From assembly GCA_963787835.1 (NCBI GenBank), contig CAWBEI010000007.1:1-64000 (forward strand): 64,000 bases of DNA, given 5' to 3'. The notes under the pieces are model-generated. The model had not been told where the DNA came from and did no database searches. It was given only the letters and a program-made list of their open reading frames with translations. The translations under genes and the position numbers were made by a program. Positions 57,315 through 64,000 of the stretch are shown here, piece after piece; the first letter of the stretch is position 1; every line of letters starts with the position of its first letter. The DNA comes from Ignavibacteriota bacterium (GTDB taxonomy: Bacteria; Bacteroidota; Ignavibacteria; Palsa-1295).

Positions 57315-58041
57315 TTATTCATTATTAATCATTACTCTTGAAATAAAAGCCTCGATAGCAGCATTCACAGGCTCAGGTTTTGCCTGGCCGACAAGATGCT
57401 TGGCTTTGGGAATAATGATAACATTCGGTCCTGGTTGTGGGCAAGTGACGATCTGATCCTCAGCGCCGTGAATTCGAAGATAAGGCACTGTAGGGGGGAT
57501 AGCCCCATTTTTCGAGGCCCGCCATTTTATGAGCGAGTGATACGCTTCGCGAAAGAGGCCACGAGGAAGATCGTGGTACATCGATACTGCAAGTTGGATC
57601 TCATCCTCCGAAACATTGGAATAGACTCGCATGAACGGAGCAATGAAAGGCTCGGAGATACGGTAATACCATAAGGGAAGCCACCAACCCAGATATTTTC
57701 CGAATAGCCGGGGAATGGGGCCGATCTCAATAGATGATAACAGCCCGCCGATCAGAATGAGACCCCGAATCGGAATATCATCCATGATCTCCTGACCGAT
57801 CGCGGAACCCATGGAGTAGCCGGCAAGAAAAAGCGGCTGAGTGAGATCGATCTTGTGGGTATCAATCAGATAGTCACAAAAACGCTTCGCATAATGCTGA
57901 AGGCTCTCGCCATGCTCGAAAGGAATGTAATCCGGTGTGATGAAGCTTATAGGGCAATACAAACTGAGCATGAGCCATCCGGTGATCCCCGCCGAGGCCG
58001 GGAAGCAAAAGCAGTTGAATTCGTTTGGGATCCTGAAGCAA
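57315..58041 (-). pseudogene. Alpha/beta hydrolase with an apparent +1 frameshift near 57942-57971
   Basis: N-terminal LLLPGLGGDHR is in a different frame from the GYSMG, HGAED and KH motifs. Confidence 0.7.
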
Positions 58042-58231
58042 TGGAAAACCGGTGAGTGGAATGTGAAGCCATTAAAGTGAATTTAGATAGCTTGCATTCC
58101 AATCTTAGAGACAAGGTGTAACAAAACCGCCAATCAGAGATATTTATTATTGGAATATCTTGAGGATTCTGCTTAAATCCCTGTTACCTTTTTACGTTTC
58201 GTTGGTCTTATTTATCTATTGAGATTAGTCT

Positions 58232-60319
58232 ATGAAGTTACGAACTGCGGTCATTACATCTTTTTTGTTGATTTTAGGGATTTCTGCCCAAGCTCAATGG
58301 GTGCAATTGAATGGGCCTAAAAACAATATTCTCAAGTTTGGAGGAGACGTAGCATCTCTTGCTGCCTATGGAAATTATGTATTCGCAAGTGAGTCCACGG
58401 TGCTTCTTACCACCGACTATGGGGCAACATGGACTGTCAGAGATAGCGGTCTTGCCGGGTTGAGCGTCGGTCCATTGTTCTTTAGTGCTGGGAATTTATA
58501 TGTTGGAACCGACAATGGTCTTTATCTTTCAACGGATGTTGGCGTAAGTTGGAATCTCGTGCCCATCACTCCTTCCGGCATCCCCAATCCCGAAGTAAAT
58601 TTTATAGTCGTTAATGGTTCGAACATTATTCTGGCTAACGGAAATGGGATCTCAACAACTACTTTCTTTTCTACTGATAATGGCTCAAGTTGGAATACCG
58701 TGGATAGTGAATTGCCGCCTGCGGTTACATGCTTCGCCATTATGAATGGAAACATTTATGCGGGTTCAAATGGCGGCGATGAGAACCTTTCAGGGGTGTT
58801 TGTTTCGACCGACATGGGGGCAACCTGGTTGCCAACAGATACTGGTGAAAGGTCGGGGAAGAGGTTTGTTCTTGCACTGCTCGCGAACGAAGGCGATCTT
58901 ATTGAATCGACGCTTAACGGACCGTATCTTTCATCCGACGGTGGCGCAACATGGAGCGAGATCGACAATGGATTGCCTGATCCGACTCTTCTCGTGTCAC
59001 GTATCCATGCATTTGCTGTGAGCGGTCAGAACCTATATGCAGGCACCGACGGAGATGGCATTTTCGTCTCAACGAATAATGGCTCGACCTGGACTGCGCT
59101 GCCAGACATTGGGCTGACGGAACCATATATTTCCTCGATTCTGGTTAACAACGGTGTTCTTTATGCAGGCACCTTCGGCGGCGGCGTATTTTCCTCAACA
59201 GATAACGGAGTACACTGGTCCGTGAATAATCCGCTTTCGTCGGTATTTTCTACCCTCAACTCACTCGACACCATTGGTGGTGACCTTTTTGCATGTACTA
59301 AGGCTGGATTATTCACCACAATAGATAGCGGCGCAAACTGGACTATAGACAGCAATGGGATGGGCGTTGTTTCGGTCAATACCGTTTTCGGATTTGGCAA
59401 TAAACTGTTTGCGGGAACCGGAAGCAACGGTCTCTTCCAATCGACCAACAATGGGCAAAGCTGGACATCGGTAACTGGCGGGTTAGGCAGTGCAAATTAT
59501 TCGATCAACGCAATTACCGAAAATAACGGTGTGCTCTATGTGACATCGAACTACGGGTTGTTCGTCTCATCGGATAATGGAGTAACCTGGAAAAATCCTG
59601 GCTATGGCGGGCAGGGATCGAGTGCGAGCGCCTTTGTGGCTACGGATAAAATTTTACTTGAGGGCGGCAATCCGGGAATGAGCTATTCCCCGGATAGTGG
59701 AAAAGATTGGTATCCACTACTGGACGGGCCTCCTTATACTACGGTCAATACATTCGCGGTCATTGGCGGGGTTGTCTATTGCGGAACGAGCACCTACGGC
59801 ATATGGAGCTCGACCAATGGTGGGATGGACTGGACCGCGCTGCCAAAACAGCCGACCGATATTGATATTACGACACTGCTCGTAAGTGGCACTGATATTT
59901 TCGCAGGTACCGCAACAGGCCATATCTTTATTTCGCAGGATAGCGGCGCAAAGTGGACTTCGATCGGCAGCGGATTTCCGGTGGCTGTGGAGGTGCTTTC
60001 GCTCGCCGTAAAGGATGGGAACCTGTATGCCGGAACCGCCGACTCCGCGATCTGGGTGCATCCGTTGCAACAAAAGGTTACGCCACCACTCGCTGTCACC
60101 CCTTCATCGCCCGGTTCTGAGGTTATCTCCGTTTATCCGAATCCATCGACGAATATGCTGACGGTCGTTTCCGCGAGTGGTCCCTTATGGGTACTCGATC
60201 AGCTTGGCCGGAGCTATGAGGTAACGCGAACGGGGAGTACGCTCGATATATCTCAGCTCCCGTCAGGCGTTTATTTTGTGAGCGATGGGCACTCTCAAGC
60301 AAAATTTGTGAAAAAATAA
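58232..60319 (+). CDS. BNR/Asp-box beta-propeller protein with T9SS domain
   Basis: Signal peptide AQA-Q; many S(T/S)DxGxxW repeats; YPNP...LPSGVYF C-terminus. Confidence 0.85.
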   Translation: MKLRTAVITSFLLILGISAQAQWVQLNGPKNNILKFGGDVASLAAYGNYVFASESTVLLTTDYGATWTVRDSGLAGLSVGPLFFSAGNLYVGTDNGLYLSTDVGVSWNLVPITPSGIPNPEVNFIVVNGSNIILANGNGISTTTFFSTDNGSSWNTVDSELPPAVTCFAIMNGNIYAGSNGGDENLSGVFVSTDMGATWLPTDTGERSGKRFVLALLANEGDLIESTLNGPYLSSDGGATWSEIDNGLPDPTLLVSRIHAFAVSGQNLYAGTDGDGIFVSTNNGSTWTALPDIGLTEPYISSILVNNGVLYAGTFGGGVFSSTDNGVHWSVNNPLSSVFSTLNSLDTIGGDLFACTKAGLFTTIDSGANWTIDSNGMGVVSVNTVFGFGNKLFAGTGSNGLFQSTNNGQSWTSVTGGLGSANYSINAITENNGVLYVTSNYGLFVSSDNGVTWKNPGYGGQGSSASAFVATDKILLEGGNPGMSYSPDSGKDWYPLLDGPPYTTVNTFAVIGGVVYCGTSTYGIWSSTNGGMDWTALPKQPTDIDITTLLVSGTDIFAGTATGHIFISQDSGAKWTSIGSGFPVAVEVLSLAVKDGNLYAGTADSAIWVHPLQQKVTPPLAVTPSSPGSEVISVYPNPSTNMLTVVSASGPLWVLDQLGRSYEVTRTGSTLDISQLPSGVYFVSDGHSQAKFVKK

Positions 60320-60419
60320 ATCGTATTATTTTATTACACAATTCTGCAAAAAATATTAGAATTTCATCCAAAGTATGAGAATGTTGATTATATTTGTGGT
60401 GAATTGCCAGTCGTGATAA

Positions 60420-61985
60420 ATGATAGAAAGCAACGTGAGTGAGTTTTTCAATTATACGGAGTCGGTTTTGAAGACATTTTTAATATTCCTTTCAACATTA
60501 CTTCTTTTCCAGTCATCCCTTTCAGCTCAAAAGCTGAAAGGGAGCTGGACAAAGAAACTTGTTTGCGGACAATGCCTACCAGAAAATATTGCTTTCGCTG
60601 ATACTAATTCTGGATTTATAATTACAACCGGTGGGGATTATAACACACATAACGGCGGGATCACTATTCAACAATATAATGGGGATTTTTTCCTGGAATA
60701 CAATCTTCCTGACTTCCGCTGTGCGTACGCTCCTTCTCCCGATACGTTTATAGTAGTTGATGATGGATCACCACAAGATCGATATCCTCTCTCCATTGAT
60801 GGGGGGACGACATGGCAATAGCCTAATCCAGTATTCTATTATGATCCGATCCGGAGGGAGTCAGGTGTCGGTCCCGATTACTTTGGCACCATGCTATCGA
60901 CAGATACCATGCTTTTATTAGCTAATGTCGGTAGTTTCTTTCCTTCTCAAGGATTTCAACAATATTTCTTTTTTGATATATCCGATTCTACATTTTATCC
61001 AATAGGTGATACTATAATAAATCGGAATGTGATTGCGGGACAAGCTGCCAATGCTCAGGACTTGTTTGCTCTACTTGATCCAGGTGGGTCTTATCCTTAT
61101 TCTTCAAACTGGAAACAGTTTCTTGCACACAGCACCGATAGCGGTAAGAATTGGTCGTATTCTTATCCGGTAGACACGACAGCATGGAAAAAATGGACGA
61201 GCTTTGAGCCTATGGAAAAAGGATATGGCAATGGCCACTACTTCCTGACCGGTGGCCGAGTGACCGACACAATAGCTGGGGAACGTACCCTCATCGACGA
61301 TTATATGGAAACCACGGACGATGGGACAACCTGGAAAACGGTGAGTAACGTCAGCGGTGGCCGCGTGTTCCGGCTCGCCAATCCAGATTCCAATGTGATA
61401 TGGGCAGCGGTTGGACGCGTACCCGATCTTCCAGAGGGTGAGGCCGGGTTTATTACATCGGACACCGAAACCTACAAGGGAACTCGGATCAAGCTCGTCG
61501 ATTCCATGTTCACATCGCTCGATGGGGGAAAAACATGGAGTAAGGATGGCACGACCTTTGCCGGCGATACGATCTGTGCCATGCGTTGGCTGACGGGAAC
61601 GAATGGTTATGTCATTACTTATCACAATGACTCAACTTTTCTTTATCATTTCAGGGGTTACATCGATACCACTACCGATACTTCTCATTTAGGAGTTTTC
61701 ACGCAAACGTCAACGGCGAGCACGGAACTCCACAATCATCCGGTAAAGCTCACCGCATTTCCCGATCCGACGAATGACTTCCTTCATGTGAACATCCCTG
61801 CCAACGATGGCATTACGGATAAACACATTTACGATGTCGTCGAGCGAGAGGTACATCCTCCCATGGATTTTCAAGCAGGGGAGTTAACGGTTGATGTCCG
61901 TGATCTCTCGACCGGTTCTTATTTCATGCAAATTGCTGGTACGTCGGGTTATACATACATAGTACGGTTTACCCGCCAGCCGTAA
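60420..61985 (+). pseudogene. Asp-box T9SS protein interrupted by one in-frame TAG (60819-60821)
   Basis: ORFs 60420-60821 and 60891-61985 are in the same frame and joined by 23 open codons; signal peptide in the first part, sorting domain in the second. Confidence 0.75.
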
Positions 61986-62007
61986 TTTATGGTGAGTATG
62001 ATTTTTC

Positions 62008-62286
62008 GTCGTATATTGGTGCTTGCTTTGATAGGCACCTATCCGGGGAAAAGATGAAAGATGTACCACGATTTACAGGATTCTCAGGATTAGGGAAGGA
62101 TGGGTAGTTCATTGAAAATATATATGGGCGGTAGGTTTCGTCATGAACGAGTTCTCTGTGAAGGGACTTTTATGAATACTTGTTGGAACAAATGGCGAAA
62201 TTGGCCCGGAAACGAGGGATGAGTATGAACAATCGGGAACTCTGGAAGAAAAAGAAATGGCACCTATTGCATAGGGAAACCTATCG
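62008..62286 (+). other. Bipartite conserved intergenic element, copy B
   Basis: GTCGTATATTG-N7-CTTTGATAGGCACCTATC ... GGCACCTATTGCATAGGGAAACCTATCG. Confidence 0.6.
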
Positions 62287-62383
62287 TTCATGAACTCTGA
62301 AAGAACAAACACAAGAAAAGTGCATTTCTAAAAGAAATAAAAATTATTTTTGTAACCCGAGCGACCTTGTGCGTTTTAACTAT

Positions 62384-64000
62384 ATGAGTATTATGCTTCG
62401 GAAATCCCTGTTCGTCGTTATTCTGCTGGTCTCGTTTAATTTCGTCGTAAAGGCTCAATTTTTGGGTCAGCAGTCGTTATCGCAATCCTCGTATGTGATC
62501 GATCAGTCGGGTCAGCTATGGGCGTGGGGCGATAATTTCTACGGCCAGCTTGGTGTAGGGGATCGGGTGAACCGGAACACTCCCACGCTTGTCCCATTGC
62601 CGCCAGGGGCCAGCAAATGGGTTCTGGTGTCAGGCGGTGAGAACTTCGCCGTTGCGGTAACAGATGACAATACGCTCTACGCCTGGGGCCTGAACGACAA
62701 AGGGCAGATCGGTATCGGCACGGCGGATAATGGTATCTATCCATTGCCGATGAAGATCCAGAACCCTACGTTTTTCTATTCCTATTGGAAATGGGTATCC
62801 GCCGGAGCGGATCATGTCGAAGCGCTTACGAACGATGGTGAGTTATTCGCATGGGGAAATAATGAGAACGGGCAACTTGGAATCGGGAATAACGGATCGG
62901 TTACGACGCCGCAGTTCGTACCATTACCGACAGGGTTATCGGGATGGGCTGATGTCGCTGCGGGACCGGGGTACACACTGATGCTCACTCCTGGAGGGCT
63001 GCTTTTTGGATGCGGTCGAGATAACCTCGGAACATTCGGGGCATCGACGACTCCGCGTCTGGCACTGGTCGATGCTTTTCGCTGCAATTCACCACTACCA
63101 TGCTTAGCGGCATCGTATCAATTAGAAGCAAGAATCGATCAGAATGACGATGCTCCTGGGCCATTATACCCATTCAACCCGTTGGTGTACATCTCGCCAA
63201 CCGGAGGCGCTACCGACTCGGCGGCTGCGGTTGCCGATGGTGGATTTCATACCATGTTTCTATCGATGAATGGAACAGTGGGCACGCTTGGAGATAATAC
63301 CTTTGGGCAACTCGGACTTGGCAGTTTGGACTCCAATGCAAAGGGTGGAATTGTGGCGTTCCCAACCGGCGTAACACAATATGTCGCTATTGCTGCAGGG
63401 CTGCATCACTCGCTTGCTATTGGCAATGATGGCTGGCTTTATGCCTGGGGTGATAATAGTTTTGGGGAACTTGGTTTAGGGAATGCAAAAAATCAACCAT
63501 TACCGGTGAAGGTGCTGAACGTATGTCCACCGCTCGCCATGTCAGCAAGCCTGACGATACCGAGCAATTTTTTCAACCCTTATTCCATCACGCTTACAGT
63601 CAAGAATAAAAGTACAACCTCTACATTGGTGAATGCCGATGCTTATATGGTACTTGCAAATCCGCTAATTTATCAAGATAGTACACCGGACGTGCCGGTG
63701 CCGTCGCCATTACCCCCTGCGAGCAGCAAATCGGTCAAGTGGGACGGCACGATCGTCCCGCTCGCTTTAAATGTTACGCTTACTCCAATTTATTTTGCCT
63801 ATATCCGAGCTGCTGGTTCTGCTCCACTGCTGGTCTCGGTGGCGGCACGAACGATACCGCCAAACCCCTGGGTCTTTTGCGATGGAGCAAATGTGGAGGA
63901 TTCGTTGACGTTTGCCCCGCTTTCTGACGTCGAATTAGTTTTTCCCGGCCCACCGCCTGGTGTTTCCTTAACAGAATCTCCATTCGATTCTAATAAAATG
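62384..64000 (+). CDS. Secreted RCC1-repeat protein, runs off the window end (absent from the ORF track)
   Basis: MSIMLRKSLFVVILLVSFNFVVKA-Q signal; repeats LWAWGDNFYGQLG, YAWGLNDKGQIG and FAWGNNENGQLG. Confidence 0.85.
   Translation, partial: MSIMLRKSLFVVILLVSFNFVVKAQFLGQQSLSQSSYVIDQSGQLWAWGDNFYGQLGVGDRVNRNTPTLVPLPPGASKWVLVSGGENFAVAVTDDNTLYAWGLNDKGQIGIGTADNGIYPLPMKIQNPTFFYSYWKWVSAGADHVEALTNDGELFAWGNNENGQLGIGNNGSVTTPQFVPLPTGLSGWADVAAGPGYTLMLTPGGLLFGCGRDNLGTFGASTTPRLALVDAFRCNSPLPCLAASYQLEARIDQNDDAPGPLYPFNPLVYISPTGGATDSAAAVADGGFHTMFLSMNGTVGTLGDNTFGQLGLGSLDSNAKGGIVAFPTGVTQYVAIAAGLHHSLAIGNDGWLYAWGDNSFGELGLGNAKNQPLPVKVLNVCPPLAMSASLTIPSNFFNPYSITLTVKNKSTTSTLVNADAYMVLANPLIYQDSTPDVPVPSPLPPASSKSVKWDGTIVPLALNVTLTPIYFAYIRAAGSAPLLVSVAARTIPPNPWVFCDGANVEDSLTFAPLSDVELVFPGPPPGVSLTESPFDSNKM

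Noticed and set aside
57144-57341. 65-aa ORF in the convergent gap
   Set aside because: It has no recognisable features and overlaps both the DnaA-box-like cluster and the hydrolase end
3779-62043. 18-bp direct repeat as attL/attR of a 58-kb island
   Set aside because: The enclosed DNA holds core genes (rpsF, rplI, purC, pyk, tRNAs) and no integrase; the second conserved block points to a dispersed element instead

Overview
The window reads as a chromosome segment of a Bacteroidota/Chlorobiota-group bacterium, possibly Kapabacteria- or Ignavibacteria-like. This is inferred from TAnnTTTG promoters, many proteins with T9SS C-terminal sorting domains and a Chlorobium-type Rieske/cytochrome b pair. 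The first 3.6 kb is the right edge of a prophage or tail module: a small Ig-like protein and a 1093-aa tape measure. The rest is mostly host genes: tRNA-Pro, tRNA-Val, an S41 protease, an ECF sigma/anti-sigma pair, pyk, gatA, rlmD, purC, psd, rpsF-rplI, an ALDH, an ABC exporter, split LigD domains, mtaB, xth, an RND pump, two BCP peroxiredoxins, paaFGH-like genes and several secreted beta-propeller proteins. The best candidate for an undescribed system is a tandemly duplicated two-gene module at 29.3-34.1 kb. Each copy has a cytoplasmic TIR/TolB-like/TPR protein facing, tail-to-tail, a small exported protein, and the two exported proteins share mainly a C-terminal ASPxNT..YSDxxGN motif. Other notable items are a bipartite intergenic element found twice with a compensatory base change (3.8 kb and 62 kb), a DnaA-box cluster that may be oriC (57.1 kb), an rpsF-rplI operon without rpsR that keeps an S6:S18-type leader, palindromic repeats that supply protein termini, and two single-lesion genes. 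All calls are from reading motifs by eye; no searches were run.
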